From Mustelus asterias (lineage: Eukaryota), in assembly GCF_964213995.1 (NCBI RefSeq), contig NC_135808.1, positions 23,436,001-23,500,000 of the forward strand: a stretch of 64,000 nucleotides of DNA, written 5' to 3'. The notes beneath the pieces are model-generated. The model did no database searches. It was given only the letters and a program-made list of their open reading frames with translations, and was not told the origin of the DNA. Shown here one piece after another: positions 1-12,274 of the stretch; position 1 is the first letter of the stretch, and the number at the start of each line of letters is the position of its first letter. The translations under genes were made by a program, and so were the position numbers.

Positions 1-372
1 CCCTACTTCTTTGGGCTCCAAGCATAATTCCCCACTTTTGTCCCTGAGAGGTCCGATTTTTTTCCTGACAACCCTTTTGTTCCTAACGTATGAATAAAAT
101 GCCTTGGGATTCTCCTTAATCCTGTCTGCCAAGGACATTTCGTGACCCCTTTTTGCCCTTATAATTCCCCGTTTGAGTTCTTTCCTACTTTCTTTGTACT
201 CCTCCAGAGCTCCCTCCGTTTTTAGCTACCTGGACCTAACATACGCCTCTCTTTTCTTTTTGACCAGTCCCTCAATTTCCCTGGTTATCCACGGTTCTCG
301 AATCCTACCCTTCCTATCCTTTTTTACAGGCACATGCCTGTCCTGTAGCCCTAACAACTGTTCCTTAAAAGA
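1..372 (-). mobile_element. CR1-type LINE ORF2 fragment (tether region between endonuclease and RT)
   Basis: Minus strand reads RIKENPKAFYSYV, matching RIKENPKAFYRYV of the CR1 ORF2 at 59840-60841. Confidence 0.8.
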
Positions 373-803
373 CTGGTGTTTGGGGCTCCGATGGGTTTTG
401 CTGGTGTTTGGGGGTCAGATGGATTTTGCTGGTGTTTGGGGTCTGATGGGATTGGCTGGTGTTTGGGGCTCTGATGGTTTTTGCTGGTGTTTGGAATTAT
501 GATGGGTTTAACTGGTGTTTGGGGCTCTGATGGGTTCAGCGGGTGTTTGGGGCTCTGATGGGTTTAGCTGGTGTTTGGGGCTCTGATGGGTTTAGCTGGT
601 GTTTGGGGATCTGATGGGTTTTGCTGGTGTTTGGGGCTGTGATGGGTTTAGCTGGTGTTTGGGGCTCTGATGGGTTTAGCTGGTGTTTGGGGGTCTGATG
701 GGTTTTGCTGGTGTTTGGGGCTCTTGTGCGTTTAGCTGGTGTTTTGGGGGTTTGATGGGTTTTGCTGGTGTTTGGGGGTCTGATGGGTTTTGCTGGTGTT
801 TGT
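373..803 (+). repeat. ~27-bp minisatellite (gctggtgtttggggctctgatgggttta), 3' flank of an upstream class I unit
   Basis: Directly visible tandem array; same array at 21855-22255, remnant at 53260-53300. Confidence 0.9.
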
Positions 804-1722
804 GGTCACAGAGTCATAGAGGTTTACAGCATGGAAACAGGCCCTTCGGTCCAACTTGTCCATGCAGCCCTTATATTTTTTTAAACACCCCGAAACTAAT
901 CCCAATTGCCCGCATTTGGCCCATATCCCTCTATGCGCATCGTACCCATGTAACTATCTAAATGCTTTTTAAAATATAAAATTGGACCCGCCTCTACTAC
1001 TATCTCTGGCAGCTTGTTCCAGACACTCCCTATCCTCTGTGTGAAAAAATTGCACCTCCTGGACACTTTTATATCTCTCCCCTCTCACCTTAAACCTATG
1101 CCCTCGAGTTTTAGACTCCCCGACCTTTGGGAAAAGATATTGCCTCTCTACCTTGTCTATGCCCCTCATTATTTTATAGACCTCTATAAGGTCACCCCTT
1201 AGCCTCCTACACTCCAGAGAAAAAAGTCCCAGTCTATTCAGCCCCTCCTCATAACTCAATCCATCAAGTCCCGGTACCATCCTAGTAAATCTTTTCGGCA
1301 CTCTTTCTAGTTTAATAATATCCTTTCTATAATAGGGTCACCAGAATTGCATACAGCATTCCAAGTGTGGCCTTACCAATTCCTTGTACAACTTCAACAA
1401 GACGTCCCAACTCCGTATTCAATGTTCTGACCAATGAAACCAAGCATGCCGAACGCCTTCTTCACCACTCTGTCCACCTGTGACTCCACTTTCAAGGAGC
1501 TATGAACATGTACCCCTAGATCTCTTTGTTCTGTAACTCTCCCCAATGCCCGACCATTAACTGAGTAACTGCTGCCCTGGTTCAATCTACCAAAATGCAT
1601 CACCTCGCAGTTGTCTAAATTAAACTCCATCTGCCATTTGTCAGCCCACTGGCCCAATTGATCAAGATCCCGCTGCAATTGGAGATAACCTTCCTCACTG
1701 TCCACCATGCCACCAATCTTGG
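804..1722 (-). mobile_element. 5'-truncated CR1 LINE (RT C-terminus + 3' UTR with tail) inserted in the minisatellite
   Basis: ORFs 969-1301 and 1394-1708 (LQRDLDQLGQWADKWQMEFN, RRLRGDLIEVYKI); close match to the copy at 14022-15208. Confidence 0.92.
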
Positions 1723-2483
1723 TCTGATGGGTTTTGCTCGTGTTTGGGGTCTGCTGGGTTTAGCTGGTGTTTGGAGGTCTGATGGAATTTGCTGCTGGTG
1801 TGTGGTTGGAATGTTGAAGGATAGAATATTTATGACTGAGAGCGAGGCCATTCAGCCCATCATATCCCTTCCTGTTCATGAAGAACTCTCCTGCTTAATC
1901 TCACCTCCTGTACTCGATCTGTAGCTCTGTCGATCACAGCTCTTCATATCGACGTCCAAGAATTGATTCAATGTGGTGAGAGTTTCTGCCTGTACCATCC
2001 TTTCAGACAGTGCTTCAGCTGTCGTCTGTCTGGTGTTGTTACAATTCTAGCAAAGCCATTCTGCTGTCTGTCTCAACTGATGAAAGAAAAGCATGTTATG
2101 TACCTTCTTTACCATGTAATTAACATGTCCTGAAAACTTTCCCAATCTGTGGACATGCACTCCTGGATCCCTCTGTTCCTCCACATTACTCATTATCCTC
2201 CCAGTTATTAGGGATTCCCTTTGCCTTGTTCATCCTCCCGAAATCCATCACGCCTCACTGCTCCGGACTGAATTCCATTTTCCAATGTTCTTCCCAACTG
2301 CCCAGGCCATCTCTATCTTCCTGCAATCTGAAGCTTTCCTCTTCACTGACACCCACACAGATAATATTTGTACCTCTGTAAACTTCTTTATCATTCCTGC
2401 TGCATTTGAATCTAAATGATTCACATGAACTACAAAAAGTGAGGGTGTGAGTGCTGGGTTCTGTGGAACCCCCACTGGTAACA

Positions 2484-2617
2484 AGAAGTCTTGTTTAGGT
2501 CTGAGAAGTCTCACAACATCAGGTTAACATCCAATTCGGAATCACGAGCTTTCGGAGAACTGCTCCTTCGTCAGATGAGTGATGGTCAGTCCAACGCCGG
2601 CATCTCCACATCATGGA
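2484..2617. mobile_element. Short Penelope-like element terminal remnant with inverted segment
   Basis: Ends in cagtccaacgccggcatctccaca like the element at 53773-56867; absent at the paralogous site near 23270. Confidence 0.75.
2543..2577 (-). ncRNA. Minimal hammerhead ribozyme motif (Penelope type)
   Basis: Minus strand: cat CTGACGA a ggag-cagtt-ctcc GAAA gc TC gtg; catalytic core, stem II, short stem I, near-absent stem III. Confidence 0.65.
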
Positions 2618-3836
2618 CATCATTCTAGTCGCAATCAACCCCTTACCCCTTTGCTTCCTGCCACTGAGCTAATTTGGGGTCTGATTTGTCAATGTCTCTT
2701 GGATCTCGATGAGTTTTACATTTCTGACCAGCCTGCCATGTGGGACCTTGTCCAAAGCATTATTAAAATGCATGTTGACCTTGTCCACCTCACTGCCCTC
2801 ATCAACCCTCCTTCTCACCTCTTCCAAATTTTCAGTCAGAAAGCTTGAGATGAGCTCCCCTTAAATCCACGCTAACTTTCCTCGACTAATCTGTGCCTTT
2901 CTCAATGAAGGTTTGTACCGTTCCTCATAATTGGTTCCAACAATGTTCCCACTGCCGAAGTTACACTAACTGGTGTATAATTACTCAGATTGCCCCTTCT
3001 CTTTTCAATCCATGGTATAATGTTGGCAGTCATTTAATCTTCTTCCACACTCCTGCAGCCCGGGAGGAATGATTCTGATGATCAGAGCCTCTGCAATTCC
3101 CTCCTTTGCTTCTTTTAACCCGGTGATTTACCATCTTTCAAAGTTATAAAATCCCTGAATACATCATCTCTTACAATGTTTATCTGATGCAGTAATTCAC
3201 ACACTTCTTCTTTAAGTGCAATGTCAGCATTGCTCCCTGTTTCCCAAAGACAGTGGCAATGTATTTATTCACAACCTCAACACGTTCTCCCTCCTCTCTC
3301 ACAGACTATCTTATTGGTCTCCACCAGGCCTTACTCTTTCCTTATCCTTTTCTCTTCAGGGACTGATAGAACATCCTTGGAGGTTCCTTGATTTTTCTTG
3401 CCAGTATTTTGTCGTGCCCCCTCTCCTTTCCCAGTATTCCTCTCTCAGTATCTCTTCCAGGTTTCTGCATTATTAGGCGTGAGGGGTCTGATGGATTTTG
3501 CTGCTGTTTTTTGTGGAGGTCTGATGGGTTTTGTTGGGTGTGTTCCAGCTCTGCTGGCTTTGCCTCAGTTTTTCTTTCTCATCCCCAGTGCCCTCCAGTG
3601 CATTCCAGGGTTTGTAATCCAGGAACACCAGTTCCCAAGAACAGCAGCAGGAGAGGATGAGAGAATGAGGGAAGATGTGATTTCATCAAGGTGACAGCGA
3701 CCGACTGATTCAAGCTCCACATTTGTGATTCCGTTTAAATGGAACTGTGATGATGGTTTGGAAGTAATTGCTATATCTGGAGCTGCACTTTCTGAGCTAT
3801 TCCGATCTGAGCTGTTTGTTCTGCACAGACACAAGA

Positions 3837-4750
3837 GGGCGATCTTATGAAAAAAAATTCTCTGTCCAGAAAGAGCATGAAAGCGGGAGAGTTTCTGACC
3901 CGTCTTTCAGGCGAATCCAAATCTACGATCTTATGCACTTGTTTCTCACCCTTGTAGGGGGGAGGGGGCAGGTCTTAAATAACCAGAATGCTGCCTGAAA
4001 GCAGCAGAGGACACCATTGCGCATGTGCAGGTCCCTCTGCTCTGAGCGACAGAGAGACCTGTCACTCAGCCTCTGCTGCTTTCACCAGACCTCCATAGCC
4101 TAAACACGGACCTCCCCAGCTGCCTAATGCAACCCTTGATGGTCGGATCAATTGACCCCGCGACACCCTACATGCCCGGACAGACAAAACCGCGCCTCTG
4201 GGACAGATTGAACCCCGTGACCCCCCCCCCCCCCCAATTCGGACCAACTTTCCCTGTCCATCCCACCACCGATCGCAATGCAGTAGCCCCCGCTACTTCT
4301 CTCACTGATGGCAAATACTTAGTGGCAGTAGCCCCCCCACACCCCAAATTGCAAATGCATAGCGTGCAGCGCCCCGCCCCCCCCGCCCCCATCACAGGTT
4401 GGTCCCACCCCAGTAGAGCCCCCCTCCAAATAATCAGGCTCCACACCCTTCCCACTCCCACTGTCTGGTGGGCACTTCCAAGATACCAGGCTGGCACAGT
4501 CCGCAAGGCACTCCCCCCAACCTCTCGGGGTGGCTTCAATGGCATCTGGATCCACGAGCGAGGCATCAGGTCTGGTCCCTGTTGTGATTCTCGCTGGAGT
4601 GAACCTCTCCCGTGAGGCCACAGAGACGAGAGCCCAGATGATTGCGCCGCGGGCTCGCTCATTTTGTTCATAACAGGTTTTAAATGTACTCAAGTATTTG
4701 ATTCAGCCTCGCGCCGCAATGTGTGAGAAATCGGGTGCGAATCTCATATG
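3837..4750. mobile_element. Probable non-autonomous DNA transposon-like insertion, GC-rich
   Basis: Absent from the paralogous flank near 24440; composition resembles the MITE at 49317; ends not resolved. Confidence 0.35.
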
Positions 4751-4819
4751 TATTGAACTCATGAATTCCAATATCTTCTGCCCTTTCCTGATTTTTTCTT
4801 TTAATGTCTGTTATTCATT

Positions 4820-5900
4820 AGTGAGTGTGTTTATGTCACATCCCCTCTTCCCAAGCACTCTGTCTGGGGAAATAACAAACATCATTGAAATATCAGAGCC
4901 TTTGTATCAAACTGTCACCGCGATCTGACATTTGGAGCTGCAGATAAGTTTCCAATTCTTGTCACTGTTGGAAATATAGTTACACTTTGCAATATTGGAC
5001 ACAATTGTTACCTGTGTGTGTGTGTTTTATTAAAACAACAGAAAAGGTTTATTCTGCTTGGAGCTGAATGGGTTAATTCTAAATTAGAACACGTTCGGTG
5101 AAGAAATTCATTGTCACCGCGATTTTAAAAAGAGACTGGGTTACAATGTTCTCAGAGTAATGGCGGTTTCAGCAGAACAAAGATATTTCTTCATGTCTTG
5201 TGGATTCACCATTTCAAACTGGATACTTCCGAATAAAAACCTTGGAGAAAAATGGATTAGAAGATAACGTGCCAAATGTTCCCCAGGGTGATTTTTATGA
5301 AGATTTTAAACACAAGAATAATCCATGAGCAATCGCCTTAAATTCAGCTCCTGAATTTGAAGTTACACCATCAAAGCTTAAAAAAAACGACCCCACTCTG
5401 ACAGATGTGAATTTGTATCTGGATTAGAAATCCCGCATGTTTCACCCGTTTCAACAGAGTTTCATTGTAGCGGCAACAAGCTCCCAGTTTAAAAACTTTT
5501 AAACTGTTCTCCCCCTTTAGACCTAACCATTTTCAGGAAAAAACATCAGAGTTGGAGCTGGTCTGAAGGAACAGCAATGCAGAGCATTCACACAGCCTTT
5601 CCTCATTCACTGACAGGGAGTTTACACGCACACATCTGTCCACACAATTCTTTCTCACATCACTTCAAGTTTCACTCTGGATCTTTTCAACATTAAAAAC
5701 GTGTCTTTAAAAAGGGGGTAAAATAAATTCCATCACATCTTCTTTCTTCACTCATGTCTGTTGTTGAAATTAAGGGAAAACCGCGTTTCACAAATAACAG
5801 AAAAGGAAACATTGAAGATTGTTACATTGAAACAACAGAGGGCGGAATTTCCAACAGACTGTGTTTCAATTCCAAAACTTATACAAACATCTTCAACTTG
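4820..5900 (+). repeat. Paralogous non-coding block upstream of gene A (copy at ~25925-26980)
   Basis: Long exact runs shared with 25925-26980. Confidence 0.9.
5774..5852 (+). promoter_or_regulatory. Candidate distal ISRE / NF-kB enhancer
   Basis: GAAAAGGAAAC (GAAANNGAAA) 5800-5810 and CGGAATTTCC 5843-5852, both retained in the paralog. Confidence 0.4.
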
Positions 5901-7346
5901 AAAATTATCATACAATGGGCTAAATAGCCTCTGTCAACACCAGAACAATTCTGTAACTCCAAATGTCAAGGTGAGATAGTTAGCTTCACGAATGTTAGAG
6001 ATGGCCATTGTCTGGCACTTGTGGGTGTGAATGTAATCTTCCACATATCAGCCAAAGCCTGAATTTTGTTCACCTCTTACATCACATAGAATCCACAGAA
6101 TTCCTACAGTGCAGAAGGAGGCCATTTAGCTCATCACCTCCATGTTGATTCTCCAAAAGTGCATCTTATCCAAACTGACAGTTAGCTAAGGCTGTAATCG
6201 AATCTGGGTCCTTGGTGCTGTGAGGCAGCAGCGCTAACTACTGTGCCACCGTGTCACCCACATGGACACAGGTTGTTTCACATCCTTTAGATCTGTGCAC
6301 AGAATGGAGGAATATTCATAAAGTAAAAGGAACAGTTGTTTGTTTACAAGTCAGAATATCTCTGACCATAAACAACCCAGTTGTTCACACAGTATTTTAA
6401 ACTTTGTGAGTTTCTTTAATTTCTTTTTTCTCATCTGCTTCTGATATTCCACCAACCAGACATCAACAGCCCATTTCTGAGAAGCAGCGAGATCCATTTC
6501 TTCATCCTGATTCAATAATCTAATCTTTGGTCTCACATCTCCGTGATCTCTCACTATTCGTTTCTTCCTGTCGACTTTCTCCCAAACATTCCAATTTCCC
6601 GACTCTGATCCAAGCATCAAATCTCTAAATACTGTTTCTTTGTGCACCATTTTACCTTTCAATTTAACTCTGCCCGATCAACTCTTCACTTTTTCAAATC
6701 AATTCATTCCCGAACAAACATAGTAACCTTTCAAACAGGACTGGACAGCCTGCTCACCTTTTCCTCATAAAACAAATCCCAATCATTCCAAATAAACATT
6801 CTCTGTACATCTGCCAGAAAAACACTGACACAAATTACAGGTGTGGTGTTAACAATGGTGTGTACATTTGTCACAAGGCTGATTTATTCTGTTCTGTAAT
6901 CCCTTTACAATAAAGACCAAAGTACCATTTGCTTTCATGGTTGTGCACATTGCTGCCTCACAGCACCAGGGACCCGGGTCCAATCCGGGTTTGCATGACT
7001 CTATGTGGAGTTTGCACATTCTCCCTCTATGATTCTACCTGGAGGAGTTTCTGTGTTTCTTGTAGACTGCATACAAGTGTCTCATTTTCAAAGAAGTGTT
7101 CTACTTTTCCATCCTTGCTCGCAAAGTTGAATAGCCCCCACAGCTGTGTCCTCTGCCACATACAAGCAGTTTGAGTGCTTTCCAACTGTGTGAAACAGGA
7201 AGCCACATTTCAACTCAAAGACACAGTCATTATGCCATGTGCATTCACTGTACCCACAGACAAAACTGTTTGACTTCATTTCACCTGAATTAATAAGTAA
7301 ATACATGTGCCCTGGTGTCAGAAATACCCTGACACAGAATCAGTTA

Positions 7347-7650
7347 TGGGCAGCACGATGGCAAGTGGTTAGCACTGCTGCCTCATTGCACAAGGGCCCC
7401 GGATTCAATGCCGGCTTCGGGTCACTGTCTGTGCGGAGTTTGCATGTTCTCCCCGTATCTGCGTGTATTTCCTCCGGGTGCTCCGGTTTCCTCCCACAGT
7501 CTGAAAGACGTGCTGCTCAGGTGCATTGGCCATGCTAAATTCTCCCTCAGTGTACCCGAACATGCACCGCAGTGTGGCAACTAGGGGATTTTCACTGTAA
7601 CTTCATTGCAGTGTTAATGTAAGCGTACTTGTGACTAATAAATAACTTTA
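7347..7650 (+). mobile_element. tRNA-derived SINE (HE1-like)
   Basis: gggcagcacgatggc...agtggttagcactgctgcctca head, B-box-like ggattcaatgcc, conserved core tgtgcggagtttgcatgttctcccc; many copies in the window. Confidence 0.85.
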
Positions 7651-8558
7651 AAATAAATTTTAAAAAACATTTCAAATCTGCAGATATTTCAACAGATCAG
7701 AGAGGCTGAGTGTGAGATTAATACTGTGCTTGTCTCCGAAACAATATCACAAAGAGATGAGACTGCCTCTTCGATAGAACTTTTTTAGGTAAGAAACAGC
7801 CTTTACAAGGTTTCCTGGAACCAATACTTTGTTTGATAATCTGTGCCTCACAGCCAAGACTCACTCTGACTCTGTCTCTCACTCTGCCCTCTCTTTATTT
7901 CTCCCTTGCGCGGTGGAGCAAAGTGGGACACTCTCAGTGAAGGCTGGACTCGCTTCAATGTACAGGTCTACTGGCAGGCTGGTTTAGCAAAGTGACATCC
8001 GTACGGACCAGTAGGAATGCGCAGAAGGCCATATTGTGTTGGCAGGAGACACAGTGTGGCCCCCACATCCACCCACATTACACTCCATCTGCCACCTTGC
8101 AGCCCATTTGATTAACTTCTCCACATCACTTTGCAGCTCTCTCCATGTCCTCCATACAGTTTGCGTTTCATAGAAACAGAGAGAAGAGAAACAGGAGTAG
8201 GACATTCGGCCCTTCAATCCTGCTCTGCCATTCATTATTATCATGGCTGATCTTCCAACTTAATAGCCTGATCCAGTCTCCCCCATTGATCCCCTTCACC
8301 CCTCCTTCTTGAAAATAAACAATGTTTTGGCCTCAATTGCTTGTTGTGGTAATGAATTCCACAGGCTTACCGCTATCTGGGTGAAGATATTTCTCTTCAT
8401 CTCAGTCCTCAATGGTTTACCCTTTATCTTTAGAGGACAACCCATGGTTCTGGACTCCCCCACCATCCTTCCTGCACCTGCTCTGTCTCTTTCTGTTACA
8501 ATTTTATAGGTTTCTATGAGATGCCCCTCATTCTTCTAAACTCTAACAAATACAAGCC

Positions 8559-9383
8559 TGTTATGGTTGAGGTCAGAAACTAGAAAGGGTTTTATGGAGC
8601 TCGCCTGGATCATAAGTTTTGCATCATCAATTTGGCTCGGAATAACATGATAGGCTTCCCTTCAGATATGATTCAAATGATCCACTAGGGAGCTTTTATC
8701 AAACAAAGTTTATTTAAGAATATAGTTAATCTGTACAGTCAGAAAAGTAGCAAGAACTCTTATCAATTACAAACAAGAAACAAAACAATCACTATAATGT
8801 ATAATCCTCAACAAATATATCTAATGTGTTCCAATCAAACCAATCCCGTAGACAAAATACCCTGTTCACGGGGTTAACACAGCACAGTCTAATGCTCATG
8901 TGATACTGGACTTGAGTCCTTTGGATGAAGTCTGCAGTTCCCTGGATAGACTCAGAACAGTTTGGAGTCTGAACAGCTTCCACAAACACCAGGGACTCTC
9001 GGCAAGCCACCAACAGCACATTTCTCCCCTTCAGAATTTCCAAAACCAGGGAGAGAGAGAGAGAGAGACTTTCAGCTTGCTGCCCCTTCTGAAACTCAAC
9101 TCTAACTGCAGCCAAACAGAAAATGAAACCTTAAACTCACTGAAAGAAAAACTGTCCAAAAACACATGACCATCCTCCTAGCAATGCAGGGTCACAAAAC
9201 AACCCAGAGTTAAAATAGACAGATCCCATTTAAACAATTGAAGTAGCACTAAAAGGACATCTCCAATCAAACCAGCAGCAAATGACATTACCTGAGGTTG
9301 TGAGCTGAGAAAATATTGAAGCTGTGAGAGTTGCAGAGATCATGATTTTTAAAAAACTTTCTCAAAAGTACACTGACGTCACA
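8559..9383 (-). mobile_element. Solo LTR inserted in an old CR1 fragment, ~600 bp upstream of the gene A promoter
   Basis: TG...CA ends, imperfect 4-bp duplication (agcc/atcc), AATAAA on minus strand; empty site in the paralog near 27990. Confidence 0.65.
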
Positions 9384-9993
9384 ATCCCAACCAACTCAAT
9401 CTCTCCTTATTTCCTATCTTTGTAGCTGCTCCAAATTTAGATCCATCACATTCTGTCTCTTCATCTGAGTCACACATAAAGATTGTAAATGACTGATTTT
9501 CCCAGCACTGATCTCGTGACACTCCACTCGTCACAGTCGGCCAACTTGTAAATGCCCCATTTATGCCAAATCAATGTTTCCTGTCCATGAGCCAATCCTC
9601 TATTAATGCAAATACATTGCCCTCAACTCCTGGTCTTGGAGGGGGTGCAGTTCTGATCACCAGAATAATAAAAGGAGGTTAAATAAAAGGGGTTTTTATT
9701 CCCCAGCTTTTAGAATGTTGATGGGTGATCTGATCGATCTGTTTATAATGTTAAAATAATTCAGCAGTGTGGAATCCACATCCAGTCTCTCCACAATAAA
9801 AAGTTAACAATTGGAGCTTTTCAATCTCAGAGTGACAGATTTTTATTGGGTAATGATATCTGAGGATATGGTTTATAGTCAGAAACTGGGGTCCAGATCT
9901 GCAGTGATTTCACTGAATGGTTCGCTCAGACCTGCTGCTGTTCTTAATGTCCTTCCCTCTGTCACTGGATCAAACTCCTTTCAGCTGATTCTA

Positions 9994-10035
9994 CCCGGCA
10001 ACTGATGATGTCAGCAGCTGTATTTACCTGATTGG
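9994..10035 (+). promoter_or_regulatory. Distal MHC X1-X2-Y module of gene A
   Basis: X1 CCCGGCAACTGATG 9994-10007, X2 TGATGTCA 10006-10013, Y CTGATTGG 10028-10035; 20-bp X-to-Y spacing as in MHC SXY promoters; S-like aactccttt just upstream. Confidence 0.85.
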
Positions 10036-10083
10036 ACAGTTCTCAACATTGAGGCACTCTCTCACCCTGTTTGTGTCTATTCC

Positions 10084-10150
10084 GCCGGAGACTGATGACT
10101 CACTGAATCTCTTTATTCTGATTGGTTCAGTCCTATTTTGTGTCCAATCA
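10084..10150 (+). promoter_or_regulatory. Proximal MHC X1-X2-Y module plus CCAAT box of gene A
   Basis: X1 GCCGGAGACTGATG 10084-10097, X2 TGACTCA, Y CTGATTGG 10118-10125, again 20-bp spacing; CCAAT 10144-10148. Confidence 0.8.
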
Positions 10151-10261
10151 GATTGAGGCTCAGTGTAAACAGGGAAAGGCAGAAGGAGTGAGTTGAGCAA
10201 ATGGCCTTTCTTTGAAAAAGAGTTTCCTCCAAATGTTTCCCCCAACATGAGGGAAGCAGCA

Positions 10262-10310
10262 ATGATTGGACTGATAGAGCTGGTCCTTCTGTGTGGAGAG
10301 GTGTCTGCAG
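10262..10310 (+). CDS. Gene A exon 1, signal peptide [16 protein letters not shown] (in-frame upstream ATG at 10247 adds MREAA)
   Basis: 49 nt, ends CAG|gtgagt, phase 1. Confidence 0.9.
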
Positions 10311-10472
10311 GTGAGTGATGGGGTGTGAGAGGGGCAATGCCAGGCTGGGTACTGGGGCATTAACCCTGGGTCAGTGAGTGATGGGGTGTGAGAGGGGCAA
10401 TGCCAGGCTGGGTACTGGGACATTAACCCTGGGTCAGTGAGTGATGGGGTTTCAAAGGGGCAATGCCAGGCT
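10311..10472 (+). repeat. 63-bp tandem repeat (~2.5 copies) beginning at the intron 1 donor
   Basis: gtgagtgatgggg recurs at 10311, 10374, 10437. Confidence 0.9.
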
Positions 10473-10609
10473 GTGTGGAGGCCTTGCTCTCGGTTTGGAA
10501 TCAGTGTTTTGGGGTTCATGCCCTGATCTCTGTGTGTGTGTGTGTGTGTGTGTGAGGGTGTTGGTGTTTTTAGGGTGTCTATCCTGAATTCTCTCTCTCT
10601 CTATTTCAG

Positions 10610-10870
10610 GCTCTCACTCTCTCCGGTATTTCCTCACGGGAATGACTCCGATCCCGGGTTTCCCGGAGTTTGTGGCTGTCGGTTATGTGGACGGTGTCCA
10701 GTTTGTTGTGTACGTCAGCGATCGGAGGGAGCTGATCCCCCGGGAGCAGTGGATGGTGGAGAGCGAGGGGCTCGAGTCCTGGGAACAGAAGAAGAAGCTC
10801 ACACAGGAAGGGGAGCGATGTCTCAAAGATAATATTCAGACCCTCATGTATCGAACCAACCAGTCGGGAG
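10610..10870 (+). CDS. Gene A exon 2, alpha1 domain
   Basis: tttcag|, [28 protein letters not shown]...RTNQSG, |gtgagt; 261 nt. Confidence 0.95.
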
Positions 10871-11200
10871 GTGAGTCTTCAAACTCCCAGCACTCAGCCT
10901 CTTTCTCAGGATGCAGGGCGTATGGGTCAGAGTGGGAGAAACTGGGAGCGGATCAGGATCTGGGACTGGGGGCTGAGGTTGTGCATGAGCTCTGTCAGGT
11001 CTGTTGGTCAATTACTGATTGTGTGTGTTTGGTGGTTTTCCCTCTAGTTGGATTGGGCCGGATTGGCTGTGTGTGTGTGTGTGTGTGTGTGTGTGGTGGC
11101 TGGACCTCCAGTGGGAACGGATCTGTTTGGGTGGGTTCATGGTGAGTGCAGCTTTTATTGGGACTGGCCCTGATTGGCAGGTTATCTTTCTAATCCACAG

Positions 11201-11473
11201 GGATCCACATACACCAGCTGATGACTGGCTGTGACCTGAGTGATGATGGGAATACGACTGGATTCAACCAGTATGGGTGGGACGGACTAGATTTCATCAG
11301 TTTTGATAAGGATCTTCTGGTGTGGGTGACCCCCGTCCCTTGGGGAGAGATCATCAAACAAAAGTGGGAGGGCAGCACGGGCATTAACCAGCGATGGAAA
11401 CGTTACCTGGAGGTGGAGTGTATCGAGTGGCTGAGGAAATATCTGGAGTACGGACAAAAATTACTGAGAGTCG
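11201..11473 (+). CDS. Gene A exon 3, alpha2 domain
   Basis: ccacag|, QLMTGCDL...WDGLDFISFD...KQKW...YLEVECIEWLRKYLEYG, |gtgagt; 273 nt; both Cys present. Confidence 0.95.
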
Positions 11474-12207
11474 GTGAGTGAGGGCGGGAGTGAGAGTCGG
11501 TGAGTGAGGGGGGAGTGAGAGTCGGTGAGTGAGGGGGGAGTGAGAGTCGGTGAGTGAGAGTCGGTGAGTGAGGGGGAAGTGAGAGTGAGGGAGGAGTGAG
11601 AGCCAGTGAGTGAGGGGGGAGTGAGAGTCGGTGAGTGAGGGGGGAGTGAGAGTCGGTGAGTGAGGGGGGACTGAGAGTCGGTGAGTGAGGGGGGACTGAG
11701 AGTCGGTGAGTGAGGGGGGACTGAGAGTCGGTGAGTGAGGGAGGAGTGAGAGTCGGTGAGTGAGGGGGGAGTGAGAGTCGGTGAGTGAGGGGGGAGTGAG
11801 AGACGGTGAGTGAGGGGGGAGTGAGAGACGGTGAGTGAGGGGGGAGTGAGAGTCGGTGAGTGAGGAGGGGAGTGAGAGTCGGTGAGTGAGGGGGGGAGTG
11901 AGAGTCGGTGAGTGAGGGGAGTGAGAATCAGTGAGTGGTGGGGAGTGAGAGTCGGTGAGTGAGGGGGGAGTGAGAGTCGGTGAGTGAGGGGGGAGTGAGA
12001 GTCGGTGAGTGAGGAGGGAGTGAGAGTCGGTGAGTGAGGAGGGAGTGAGAGTCGGTGAGTAAGGGGGGAGTGAGAGTCGGTGAGTGAGGGGGGAGTGAGA
12101 GACGGTGAGTGAGGGGGGAGTGAGAGTCGGTGAGTGAGGGGGGAGTGAGAGTCGGTGAGTGAGGGGGGAGTGAGAGTCGGTGAGTGAGGGGGGAGTGAGA
12201 GTCGGTG
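11465..12207 (+). repeat. 26-bp G-rich minisatellite (gagtgagagtcggtgagtgagggggg) filling intron 3 of gene A
   Basis: Directly visible; the unit includes the exon 3/intron 3 junction. Confidence 0.95.
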
Positions 12208-12274
12208 AAGGGGGTGATGCCGGGACTCTCTATCTCGAGGTTCCTGTACTGACTCCTCTTTCTTTCTCTCTCAG

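Noticed and set aside
4062-4693. Overlapping Pro/Gly-rich ORFs
   Set aside because: GC-rich unit-specific insertion, open on both strands, no domain recognised
7347-7430. tRNA genes
   Set aside because: A/B-box-like heads belong to tRNA-derived SINEs; no complete cloverleaf seen
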